Assembly: GCF_001949145.1 (NCBI RefSeq)
Contig: NW_019091360.1
Coordinates: 2,974,864-3,038,863 of the forward strand
Reading direction: 5' to 3'
DNA from: Acanthaster planci
Taxonomy: Eukaryota
DNA length: 64,000 nucleotides
In this document: positions 10,901 to 23,200 of the stretch, in pieces
Numbering within the stretch: position 1 is the stretch's first letter
How the letters are laid out: each line of letters starts with the position of its first letter
Notes under the pieces: generated by a model
What the model was told of the DNA's origin: nothing
Seen by the model: the letters and a program-made list of their open reading frames with translations, nothing else
The model's database searches: none
Made by a program: the position numbers and the translations under genes

Positions 10901-13900
10901 TTTTTCCCACGTCATAGCTATCCCTTGCAGTTCGGACTTGCCTGTGAAAACTGGGCGAACTCAGCGTCGCACAGAAGCACGGCGTGTCCGAGGATCTCAT
11001 GAATAACATCCCTACGAGGAAAAAAGAAGATCAAGGCGAAGTCCCTTCTGAATAACAAGGAGGACGACACCAAAATAGCAGCAAAACAGTCATTATCAGC
11101 CCCGAGCAGGACCAATAGAGGGCGCAATTTTTTTCTAAGAAACGCAGACTCCTCTGGTCGGAACTGTATATTTCGCTGTTTATGAAATGCTCGCGTTATG
11201 GTCGCATTGCTTCCAACAAAATGAACACTCCCGACCAACATGGCTCTTTTTAACTGATGAGGGGGTGCTTCTGCTCGAGGCGGAAAACGAGAAATAAACA
11301 TGCAGTTAAAATACATGTACACAACTACGACGGCGTCTAACAGCAACAACTTCAGGAGCACGGTAGCTCCTTTTCGCTATTATCATCAACAGAACATCAA
11401 CATCAACAACAACAACAACTCAGTTTCTTTGTAACCCAGTTGCCTTATTAAGGCTGAATCTCCCGGAAAGAAACGAATAATTCTGCTTCTAGTTACATGC
11501 ACTAACTATTCCTTATTTGTTGTAATGATGATAATTTGTAATGTACAAAAAATGAAAAAAACGTTGCTTCTCGAGAGGCTTGGTTGACCGAAAGTTTGCC
11601 TTTACACCCAAGTGTTTAAATAGTGGATTATTTGATCTGACTTAGCCCAAGTAGATCGACATACACGTTGTAAAATGCTGTGACCGCGATCGCGTCACTT
11701 GATATTTCCAGCTACAAGGGAATATTAGATTTTGTTATACTTACGGCTCATTTGTGAAGAAGGCCCCGTCACCATGACGCACATACTGTGAAGAGCAAAA
11801 CACGCGAAATGCGAGAGCAGCCAGGAAGTCACGCGGTGTCATGAAAGTAGAAACGGGGCGAAGTCGGAAACCAGTTTTTCCTGCCGATTTAAACAATCAG
11901 TGAAACTAATGAATGAATTTTATGTTGCTTTGAAAAAAAATTAAGTAAAAGCAACAAATAACTCGACTCATGGCAGAATTGCTTTAGTCTACTCAAACTA
12001 TATTTAGCTTAATTTAAACAACATGCAAAAGTTTGGAATTTCCAAATGGTAAAAATACAAACAAAAAAAAGAAACAAATTCCCAACTTTTTGAGCCGGCC
12101 AAATTAAGGCAAAGCGACTTTCCATTTTATTTTTCACAGTCACAAAGAGTTGCCGATGATTTTATCGAGAACCAGCCTTTTCGACCAGTTCTAACGAGCG
12201 CAAAAAAATGAGAAAATCAAAATGACAAATTCGAGTACAGATGTTTAAACATTTCTAAGTAATAAATGAATCTGCATAGTTACTTCTCAAGTAATTAGAC
12301 ACTTTCTCCAGGTCTGGAATTCGGTGGGCGGATATGTCGCACGCTTCCAAAAAGGGTGCCAACAAGTTGTTGAATTTAGTACAAGCGTGCATGGGGTAGA
12401 GAAGCATCAGTCTGTTGTACGTTCGGGCCCATGTCTCCAGTTGGCTCGCCGGGTAGATCATCGATGGAATGGGTGTGCCGCTGAAATGTACCCAAATCAA
12501 TGAATTTTGCATTTTAGATGCTACCATTCTCCAACTGATGTCATTTCACGGAATTCCAACTCAAATCTAGAGAGTGCCCTGCCCCGCATAAAAAGGTGCA
12601 TGCAAAAACTGTTCATTTTAAACCTAGAAGTTAACTGATGGTTCCTTCACAGGCTCTAAAGAAGAAAGTGTTAACTTGAGGATACTTTCTTACTTTTATA
12701 TCATTTGATTATGGCGATCCAGAGTTATGCCTCTGACCCGCTTAAAACGTCGAACTTCTGCCGTGTCCATAACGGTGCAAGGTTTTAATTAGACACGGCT
12801 GAGAGTCGACGTTTAAAGCACTTGCTAACTTTCTGACGGAAGTTTGACAGGTCTCGTGGCTATCAACAGCAGGAGAGCGGCACGGCTTCACACGCCACAT
12901 ATCTACCGTGTGTAATTTAATTTTGGCATTACCATATTCCAAACTGTAGTGGTATCATTTGAAAATGCGCGTGCACCTGCTGCAGTTGTTTTCGTTTCGG
13001 CATCAAATCCACTGTAACATTTTCCTCTTGGGTTTTCCAAAACCCGTTTTGGTGACTGACCCGCCCCACATGTCATGTTTCTGATGATGGATTCACAAAC
13101 CTTTTTAAACAAACTCCACAACAAAATGGTCAGTTTCATGCAACAGCACGATTATAATCTCCACTAGCGAGTCTTTATAGATCCCCAACCTATACCTTGG
13201 AGATATTGGAAATTATATGGGCCAAAGTGTTTATTCTAAATCGTGTGTAATGCGAAAGACAGGAATGTCCAAGGTTGCTCTTTGAATTATTTTTCTGAAT
13301 TGGTATTCAGCCTCATATTTATAGCCAACCTGCATTTTGGACTAAATCTCTGACAAAATCAGCGGAGGTTGTGAAATTTCTTTGAAAGGAGGAGCAGCGG
13401 ATGTATCAAACAAAATAATCAAACCTGCCCTTTTTATAATTATCACCTGCAATACATTTGATCACAGAAAAAAATCTTTCGTGTCTCGTTTCCTGGTGCA
13501 CCATGTTGGAAAAAACCGCATTACGTTCAACAGAAAATTGACGTTTGAAGCAACTGCCCAACTTTTGTCGCTTTTATGTCAATTGCAGCTAATAGAACTA
13601 CACACAGCAGAAGTCGATGTTTGGAGCGATCCTCGGTACAAACATAAGCCATCAAAACTTTACGGAAACACTGTATAAACTGTTTGCTCTGATGCCATGT
13701 ATTTCTCGGGGGCTTTTTTCTATCCGGAATCTGTGATTCTTAGGTCGTGCCCGAAACCGGCATTTCCTCAGATACGGCTTACTCACCGCGGTCCGATCAA
13801 AAAACAAAAACAAAAACAAAAGCTATACGCCAAGTTAAAGAAAACCATCAAATCTGCAGCGGCGGTAACAAGTCATTATTTGCAAGTCCAAGCCAAGTCA

Positions 13901-16813
13901 CGGGTCATTTTTTGCAAGTCCAAGTCAAGTTACAATTCATGAGCTGGTAATTGCAAGTCAAGTCACGAGTCACAAAAATAGCGTCTTGAGTCCAAGTCAA
14001 GTGACTCGAGTTACTCTGCAAATCAGGGCGACTTCATAATCATATGTCGTACCAAAAAAATCATTCCTTGAGACCGAATTTAGAGCAGATGCATCGTGTG
14101 CAAAAGGCTGTGTAGCTCAAATATATTATGTTGCAACTGCATCTCAGCCCAACCTTACATTACCTGACTCCACTTATCCAAACCAATTACAAATAAACCT
14201 GTACCAACACAATCCTGTTGTATTCGAAACAAGGAGGGACAGAGAGGCCTATAAAAATGACGTTCAAGAACTGAGCATTTGGTTCTCGTTTTGTAACCGC
14301 AATATGTCCACTGTTTGCTAATGAGAGCTAAAGGGAATGCGAAACCCCGGTGCATTTCATATTTACACAAACAATGCAGATTACCTTACAATAAAATCAA
14401 TTGTCAATGTTTAATCATCAAATGAAGACAAAAGGTAGAAGGTTATTTCAATAATGTTTGTATATGTTGCCTTGAAATGGTATAATATTAATATTGATCG
14501 CTGTGCTTGTTCACGTACAAGGGTCCCAGATGGTACTGAATTAAAAATATGCAGAAAGAAGATTACATTTTTTATGTACTCGCGGAAGGAGATGCTTCAT
14601 ACATACATTCAAGTTCTTTCAGGCGTAGGAGTCGATGGCAGTCGATATAAGTATCCAAAAAAAGGAAATCTCTACTTCATAAATATTAATATTTACTGTA
14701 ATTTTATGGTTACGTCTTCACTTCCTAATGTGCTTTATTATCGAAGACAATGACGTATGGCGTGGCCTTTAAAATCAGTCGAGTCTGCCATCAGTTTAGA
14801 ATTTTGTTTTCAGCCTAATGTCAGAGCATAGGGAATGCACATAAGAATGCCAGAATGAGCAATGCAAAATTGACGTTCCTTGGGAGGCTGTGAAGAAAGG
14901 TTTTTCTATAAATTGGGGGTCCAAAAGTGTGACATTTTTGTGTTCCGTTACACCGGACCTGTGTAATTTGACATGACCATATCAGTGAAATTGATTTCAA
15001 ACTATGTCAAGTTGTTTGGCAGGAAATTTGCATTAATTCGTCACTCTTGAAAATCAGATAATTTGTTCTGAACTTATTTAAATCAAATATCAGATGTGAC
15101 AGGGACACGAAAAAAATCAGACCCCTAATTTATAGAATGACCCATAACCGTGTGCTCATAAAAACAGGACAGAGCAGTTCGCGCATTTTATTGACTTCGA
15201 AAATCACGCAGTAATCCGCTTCATGCTCCGCCTATAAATGTCGCAGATGCAAACCTCAGCCAGAACAAAATGAACTCACAGCTTGTAGGTTTTCGTCACG
15301 AGTTGGCATTTCCGTCGGAAGCTTCGATATTTGGCGTCGTCAAAGCCCTGGAGAGAAAAAAAACCAGAGAAGATTCTCTGATAACAAAATAGTGCATGAC
15401 GAATTTGTAAGAGTCAACTTCAACCGGTAAAACTTAGACATGCCGAAAAGAAATCAAATTAAATTATTGATGAGTACTTTTACAGAGCGACATATCTTGC
15501 TTTGTTTTAAAGTTCTTTTTGCGTTGCAGTTCGGTACGCCAAAATGACAGACTATATCATTAAAAAATCATTAAAAAATTAATGTATTGTTACAACTCCC
15601 AAAACATCCAAAGTGCGCAACGACAGCGTGCGTTACACATCGACATTCGGAGCAACATGGTAAATACCCAGGCAAAAGTGTTCATGAAAACCTAACTGAA
15701 TTAGAAATGGCAGATATTTAAGCGGTCGTATCTGTTCCCTTTATTCGAATAATGAGACGGAGATTTTCTACGCACTGTACTACAGCCTTGAAACCCTGAG
15801 CGTGTTTTATTGAATATAAAGGGAACAAATGAAATATTGAGAGCACAGACCTTTGAACCGACAAATGTAACCACGTACATAGGTAAGATCATGTTGGTTT
15901 CTTTTGTGCATTAACAGTGTGATGATCGAGAGTGTTAATGAGTTAATTGTATACATTATTAACCGTGCATGACTGGAAGATGTCACAGAAATGGTGGTAG
16001 GTACAAAGTTCAGCGAATGTAGGCGAATAGTATGAAAACACTTGTATGCTTTGGAGGCAATGAGCTACAGGTCCTAATTCAAACATATTTTATCACTACC
16101 ATTTACGATTGACAGGCCAAAAATTAAAGTCGAACTGTCAAACAAGGTTCTTTACACACCTTCACATTGGGCTGGATGACGTCGTACACTTCCCTGGTCA
16201 AGGAGTAGTCTAGCTCGGCAAAGTTTCTTGGAAATTCTTTCGAAACGAACCGGAGGAAAAATATCATAAGCTGAATGAAAATACGCACGGTAACGCGCTT
16301 TTTTTCTGTCTGTAGGTTTTTATTGGGTTTCCGGGTTTGGGGGCTATTTTCTCATTCTCCCTCTGAATTACTTGAGTTTTTTTCAAAGCTACAAATCTAC
16401 CAGTACAGGGTACAGATCAAAAGGAAAACTCCTGAAAACCTGTTATCAAGTTTTCAATCAGCCAACGTGTGGTCAGGAGAACAGTCGGTGTGGTCGGTGC
16501 AAAGATCGGTTAGTCCAAACGATATGGTTCTTTGCCCTGGTTGGGAATTACAGGGTTACCTAAAGCAGCAGATCGTCCTCAAATCATCAGATTTAAATTT
16601 GGTAACCCAAAACAAAGATACCTGACAATGATTGTCGAGAAAAAAAATGCAACTTTGGGGTCGCATTTTGGGGGACTCGCCATGTAGGAAAAAATGTGGC
16701 AAATCTTGGAAAGCCTTGGCTTCTTTACGGACAGTAGAGTACCTACCAACTTCGTCAGAACCATCGGCAACTGGGTGGGTAACACAGCAGCTGTCGTCTG
16801 GAAACTCGGACAT
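7960..16813 (-). CDS. Divergent aromatic amino acid hydroxylase, catalytic domain only (copy C), 10 coding exons, about 330 aa
   Basis: Exons in transcript order: 16747-16813 (MSEFPDDSCCVTHPVADGSDEV; least certain), 16160-16236 (EFPRNFAELDYSLTREVYDVIQPNVK), 15280-15347 (GFDDAKYRSFRRKCQLVTKTYKL), 12284-12480 (GTPIPSMIYP...HAC...IPDLEKVSNYLR), 11745-11880 ([45 protein letters not shown]), 10942-11011 (DVIHEILGHAVLLCDAEFAQFSQ), 9886-9942 ([19 protein letters not shown]), 9506-9601 (VYMSTVEAGLCREGSEVKAYGALLLSGSNELE), 9020-9156 (HVFTDKAVKRPLEIE...KYQDVYYVSESIEEAEQMAR), 7960-8047 (AYVSSLPCRMSVKYNPEKNVIEPKDKGD*). Exon sizes 68/197/136/70/57/96 match PAH exons 5-10 and the same exons in copies A and B. 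Total 993 nt in one open frame. Confidence 0.88.
11100..11284 (-). repeat. Dispersed repeat family 2 (reverse orientation, intron of copy C)
   Basis: Reverse complement of the family 2 core. Confidence 0.7.
13857..14015. repeat. CAAGTC-motif repeat, probably a DNA transposon end; related patch near 8230-8400
   Basis: Multiple CAAGTC/CAAGTCCAAGTC motifs. Confidence 0.45.
14899..15144. mobile_element. MITE with TTCTATAAATT.GGGGTC inverted ends (intron of copy C); related partial copy near 41442-41620
   Basis: GGTTTTTCTATAAATTGGGGGTC...GACCCCTAATTTATAGAATGACCC. The internal sequence recurs in intron 11 of copy B. Confidence 0.6.
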
Positions 16814-16930
16814 CTCGATACTTCTATGCAGTGTCAAAACACAGATCAAACGGAAGAGCAGGAAAGAATTATCAATATGAACATTAGTTATTAACATCAA
16901 TTATCAGTTGGAATCCTGTGTAGATCTCAC

Positions 16931-17196
16931 CTATCTTAATACCTCTCAGATGATGGTGCGCACCGTTGGTCGACACGAAGACACTTCTTCGCTATGACCA
17001 CGTCAGCGACTGCGGTCCTTGCTGTCCGTGCTCGAGATGACTAACTTTTGGCCGTGTGCGCCGTTTCGACTTCGGTCCAAAGAAACCCCGCGACGATCGA
17101 GCGTTCCACCGCAGCAGGCAGGTCGGGTAAATAGCAGAAGCTGTCGGCAGCAGCTGACTCTGGAACCAGCAAATGAACGCTGCCTTTGATAGGCCT
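16931..17196 (-). other. Probable non-coding 5' exon of copy C
   Basis: GC-richer segment bounded by a tag acceptor and an ATAG|GTGAGA donor, with stops in all three frames. It lies just upstream of the ATG-containing exon whose acceptor is at 16823. Confidence 0.4.
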
Positions 17197-18263
17197 ACAT
17201 GACAATATATATGGGACGAGCGGTGCACCCGTTAAAGATGGAATCACCTGGCTTATGCAACAAATGCACAGATAAAAGCAAAGCACACATGTGGAGATGC
17301 TGTTCAACTCAATCGGAATCAATTTACATAATGGTGTGTACAAAAAAGAAAGACACAGGAAGCAGTTAAATACGCCGACAGTGAAATCAATTGTGAGAGA
17401 TAGGCTATTTGTGTTGGTTGTGTACTTGACCGCTGCGTCCAGCCCCCCTCCATTACCAGTTGCGTAAAAAGTGACCGTTATCCTGCGTTTTATTTAATTA
17501 CCTCTAGTGGTCGAGCACCTGGATCATATTCTCTCAATACAGGGATCTCTCCACAGGAGGGGGCGTGTCTCGCCTCATCGTTTTCAGTACGGTGCTCACA
17601 AAAACCGGCGACATTACAACACTTCACAAACAGCTAGTATTGCCATGCATCAGAGTGATACTCAAACGGGCCTGACAGATTTCGAGTCTAGATTTTAGTG
17701 GAACCGTAGTGCTGAGGTCACTACGAGAGCGAACCAGCCCATTTGGGATTGAAAGACTGAGCAGTGCAGCGCCGCAGAATCGATTCGGAGTTCAGCTTTC
17801 CGTTCAATCTGTACGGCACATTTTATTTTCAACAACACGGCTTCCCACGTACCAGCCTTATGAAGTGTAAAACAATTATTAGCTTGTAAAAGCCAACGTG
17901 AACGGTCGAATGTTTGGCTACCTTTAATAAATATTGATCTAGACTTTGGGAAGCAAATTTGACTACGTCTATTTTCTAGTACAACAGCTGTTCCGTTTGG
18001 GCCCGTTGCGGGCTTGTAAAATTAGTCTTCTAATACCGCCCTTTACACTTTTATTCCTTTATTAAAACAAAAGATTTCAATTAAAAAAGCCCTCAGTTCG
18101 ATCCGCCTCGGACTTCCATCCCACGCTAAAAACCAAGGTGCTAAATCCAACACTTGTTGAGTTGTGGTCAGTAAAAAGTCTTTGAAAGTGTTAAATCCCA
18201 TCACGCTGTACATGCATATTAAATCCAATATTTTATATTTTAAATACAGTATTTAACTATTAA

Positions 18264-18432
18264 TACGGGTGATTCACAATAGTGCGCCTCTTAGAGTTTG
18301 CAACGTGTTGGCCAATCGAAACGCTCGAAATCTGTGGACCCTTCCCTAAACGTTCATTGGGTTGACAGATTTGGCACTGTGATGGGCGAACGCGTTGCAA
18401 ACTTCGAGGCGCAGTAGTGTGAAACGCTCGTA
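18264..18432. mobile_element. Palindromic MITE family 1, copy 2
   Basis: TA-CGGGTGATTCACAATAGTGCGCCTC...GAGGCGCAGTAGTGTGAAACGCTCG-TA, flanked by TA. Confidence 0.75.
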
Positions 18433-20282
18433 TTAAACGTTTTAAATGCTGATTCAACGATATTAGGGAAAACTATTGAAGTAACACTTAAAATGTTGAA
18501 CTGACTCTTCAACTGTTGGATCTGATATTTAGAGTGCTTGGTTTAACATTAAAAATTCTGGGTTCAGAACACTCAAAAGCGTGGGCGCTGACCACGTTTT
18601 ATGTAAGTGCTCGATCAACAAAACCGCCTCATTACAACTTTATCCCTCATAAAAATAGAAGACCTTCAATCATTAAATACATATGTAAGGGGATACTTTC
18701 TTCAAAGTTCCACCCCCAAATTTTCCTACTTTGTTTAGCGTATCAGTTCAATGACCAACATTAAAATGTCCCAAAGGTTAGTTTAAAAAGTAAAAGTTAA
18801 CCACGATAAGATATCGTTTTTAACCATAAAAAGTCCTATTTACAAAAAATGGTATCAAAGTTATAATGAAGACAAAAATCCGTTTAAACGATGTGGTATA
18901 TGTATACAGTACTTACAAGGATACTGATAGTGTAGCGTGCATCATGGATATGACCAATTTAAACACGCTTAAAATACAAATCTGAATCTAATACTACACG
19001 ACAAACGGAAAAACCAGGGTCGCATCGGATCAAATTATTGTCGAGATTTTGATAAAGTGCACTGAAAGTTTGATGCATGAAATTGTTATTAGGAACGATT
19101 ACCTGTACAGGACGTTAGAAAATCGGAGACTGCGGTCGTTTGGAATGACTCAGAAACGGTTCAGATTCAGACGTCTCGTGAGCTAAACTCGATACAAGAT
19201 TTGTTCATGTGTGCTAGTTAGGAAAATTGACTTTTAGAATCCCACAATCCGCCAGACGCCTTGCCGTTCTGGGATGCCTTGGCAAACGCGGATCGACACA
19301 TAGAAATTATGATGTGGATGATGTAAATATACGATTTTCATCTAATTCTGTGACAGAAACATTATGACCAACAAAACTATAGCTGGGTGGCAAAATGACG
19401 CTAGAGCCACTTATAGAAACATATGTTTACAGCCTATCGCCTCATCCTTATCTTCTCTTATCGATACTGTTGTATCGTTCTATCCAAAGTTTCCCAGTTG
19501 TGCTTATCGGCCCATGATTATTTTTGTGCACGTGTTTACCAAATACATGAATTGTCCCATAAATAATTAGGGTCTTATGCTTGCCGACCTGATTATGATC
19601 ATTTTATGTCTTTATCATCTAAAATAATTGTGAGGAATAACACAAGAAGCGAGCTGCGTGTGTATTTTGTACTTCTAGTGCTGCTCGCGGCTTGCATAGA
19701 TACTAATCTAAAACCCAAATCAATAGACGTAAAATATAATGACGTCACGTTTTGTTTACACGTGCGCTTTCCCACCTGACTGCCATAGAAAAGTGCACGT
19801 GTAAACAGAGCGTGACGTCATATTTGGATTGAGCAAATTCGTTCTTAATACTATTGGTTCGGTGCGATTTTGGAATGATAATTTGAACCAGAGGTAACTT
19901 CAAGATAATTAGTGTTTTTCCTTAAGAAAGACGGAAGAAAAGGTTTGAGTTTAACAGTGCTGGCATAATCTGGAAATCCCGTCTCCTACTAAATTACCAA
20001 CTTACGAAATGTGCTTGCAGATTTTTTTGGGTGTTTAGTGTATTTTAACAATTATCGTTTATATTATGACATTGCAACACTTCACAAACTAAGAGGGCCG
20101 GAATTTCGTTATCCTACGCAAATATCATTTAAACGTCTATGACAACTAGCCAGTAAATAATGTCATATAGTCAAATTAATCGATCCTTCAGGCAGTTCAA
20201 TAATTTTCCCATAAAGTCTGTCACTCATCTGAAACGTCCGGCAAGTTTCTTCGTGAAGAATTCCAGGCATAATCGGGTCTGT

Positions 20283-23200
20283 TCAAGACACTTTGTCGAC
20301 AGCACCGATCAGGATGTTCAAGTCACCTTAAGGAGAAAAGAAAAGAGCGACAGATATTTTGAAAAGAGAGAGTGAGATGAAGAGGGATGAAAACTATCAA
20401 TGAGCATAAACTCGAAATGAATCCCCTGTCATTGTTAGTGGTTCATCAGTTCGTTGCTGATGCATGGAAAGGAAAAACTTCTGCCGACGCCCAACATGAT
20501 AAACATGCCCGCGGGAACACATATTTCTTAGGGGGTGCTCAGCTTGTAAATAAAATTTCAAGTCCAAGACCACTCAGCACGTCATATAAGCTTGTGTTTC
20601 AACTAGGCTAAGGTTTTTATATCAAGCTGTGCCGTAATTTGAGAGCACCAAAATGCGACCATTACGTCGCGCGCCCTGGTCGCGCGCTGCTTGCACAGCG
20701 CGCCCAAGCCAAATACCTGTAGTCTGGATACCAGACCCGGTGATTCCAACTATTCTCGTCGAAGACTTTTTATCAATGCAGCCTTCTTTGGGCAGGGAAT
20801 AAGACTGCATAGCCAAACAAAAATTGGCTGCGTCCGAATCTGTTGTCTAGAGCTAGGTCTAGGACTTTGCTCCTTAGGAAATATAGCCTACATTGTTGAG
20901 ACACCAAGACATTAGACCTAGCCGTAGCTCTGGAAGCCCGTTTCGGACACGGCCTCTGAACGAACGGACTCCGACATGAATATGCAGATATTTGACTGGC
21001 GTTCTGTGCTCTTGAGAAGTGTATTGTTTAAGAAAAAGTTACACTGCTAATTGTAATCATAAAAATCTAGGGTTTTTGGTGGATATCTGACATTGGTGAG
21101 TCTAATTATGTTTGTGGCTTAACGTGGTCAAAGTTGGGGGTGCTATGTTGCATACCAGAACCCCCATCCAAAAACCTAGGGGTGCTTCAGCACCCGAAGG
21201 CCCCCTCCCCCGTTTCCGCGGGCTTGATGATAAAATAAGAGAAAGGAACTAAGGCTTTGTCCCACTGTTATGGCTAGGGCTATATAGGGGCACGACGTGC
21301 GGCTAATGGCCCGTGGCTGCATGCGGCCACTTCCCATGTGCTACTCGAGCAATTCGTCATTCGATTTAGACACGGCTTGACACTCTGATCCGGCTTATCA
21401 GCTTGTGCAGCCAGTTTATGGCTGCACAGATGCATGAACTGCATCATGACGGGGTCGGCCGATTCGCATCATAAAGGCATCAGTGGGCGGGGGGGGGGGG
21501 TAATTGGAAACCCTCCTTTGTGAATCTGGAGACAGACGGCCGATCACAATAACTGATGCCTGCCCTCGTGCTTTCCTCCAAACTGCTAGGCTTGGCAACC
21601 AAGCCTTGGCTGGAGTCCCTGAATCTGTCACTGAGAAGTTGGCCAACAAAATGGGTGCCCAGACATCATGAGCAACTCAAAAGAAGTAGAAGTTTGTACA
21701 AAACAAACAGGCAAGTACATACAGGGACACTGGTGGACGAGTTGAGAGATGGGGATTAATTGAGTGATAGAAAGTATAAGGAGGAGGTTCAGTGGTGCTA
21801 AGGCAATGAGTCAGTCCGGTCTGTTTCACTTTATTCCAACTGCTTGAGCATCGATCCGTAATACCAATGGTTTGAGGGGTAGGCCTAGTAGGGAGAGCTG
21901 AGGAAAGGTGAACTTGATGGAGAGTCGGATCTGAGACAAGGTAGACAAGGAGGACAGATTAATTATTTGATCGTCATAAAGGTAATGCAGGGTGGAGAAG
22001 CAAGACGGGCAACGTGATTTACCTCGGATAGACTGGGCCAGCTCCTTCAGCTGTGTCTTCTTCTCCAACACCTCCACAGACTGGGTGTAGGGATCGTAGC
22101 GGAGCAAGAAGGGCCGTGGTATGCTGGAGGTATACTGTCTGTCAGTGAAGATAAGTAGAGCAATTAACACTTTCCTATCGTGTTGCCATGGTGATGGGTT
22201 CAAATTAATCAAGTTCTCAATACAGTCTCTCAGAAGTCAATCACAAGTCAAACAGTCTCAATCACGTCAAAAGAAAATTTTTTTATATGGTGGTTTTGAA
22301 AAGTTATTATCACTGCCTAAAAGGCAATTGCACAAGTATTACAAAAACAAAATTAAAAAATCTCTAAAAGGAAATCCATGAAGTGACATGAACTTGAACA
22401 TGAACTATTAAAGACAAATTAACAAATTACCAAAATGTTTACCTGTACAAGAATCCACATCTCCTGAAGAGAGCCATCATGGCAATGAAATTAGCTTTTA
22501 TTAAAGGGCCTAATTAGTTCTGTTCTGAACAAATCGTGAAGAAGACAATTCTCTGTTAACTGGTGATCCTCTGTGACTTTATAATCATCTTCCGACTCAC
22601 TTGTGATCCCAGTATGTTACACAGTTTCACCCTTCTTTGGTATTTATGTCTTTTAATTTCCTTCTTTATTTCCTTTTATTCATCATCAAATAGTGAAATT
22701 GGCGTAACTTTTGCCTTCAGCTATTGTCATGTCTTTTATCTCTTATCCGTCCTTTGTTTTCGTCTAGTAGTTGCTCGCGTTGTTGTTCTTGTTAGGTCTT
22801 ATGTCTCAAAGGCTATTTTTTACAAGTCTTGGCTTATTCAACAGCGTCATGCTCTTTTCTTTTCTCATTTGTACATGGACTACTTTTTCTTTATCTCATC
22901 AAAAGTTCATTAAAATGTTCTTGTTTTTCACTTAGCATCTGAAAAACGTTTGTGTACATCCACTTTGCTAATTTCAATATACCGAGTTTATTTAATTATC
23001 AATGTATTTTCCTAAGTTTATCCATTTTCTTTAATTCCTATGTAACTCAATGATTGACGTATTTTCTGAACAAGGGTATGGAATAAAATGGCTTCTTGAA
23101 ATTGAAATTGATTCCAGTCTTTCGATGATATCATTGCTCATTGAAGCTTATTAAAAATTAATTCACCAATCTTGGCCTCAAATCGAGAGGCTTATTTTTT

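Noticed and set aside
7960..16813. Calling copy C tyrosine hydroxylase, tryptophan hydroxylase, a bacterial-type horizontally acquired gene, or a pseudogene
   Set aside because: It lacks TH/TPH diagnostic motifs, shares animal PAH intron positions, and has no stops or frameshifts in ten exons.
16992..17343. Minus-strand ORFs as a coding N-terminus or ACT domain for copy C
   Set aside because: All three frames hit stops before the donor at 16930 and show no ACT similarity.
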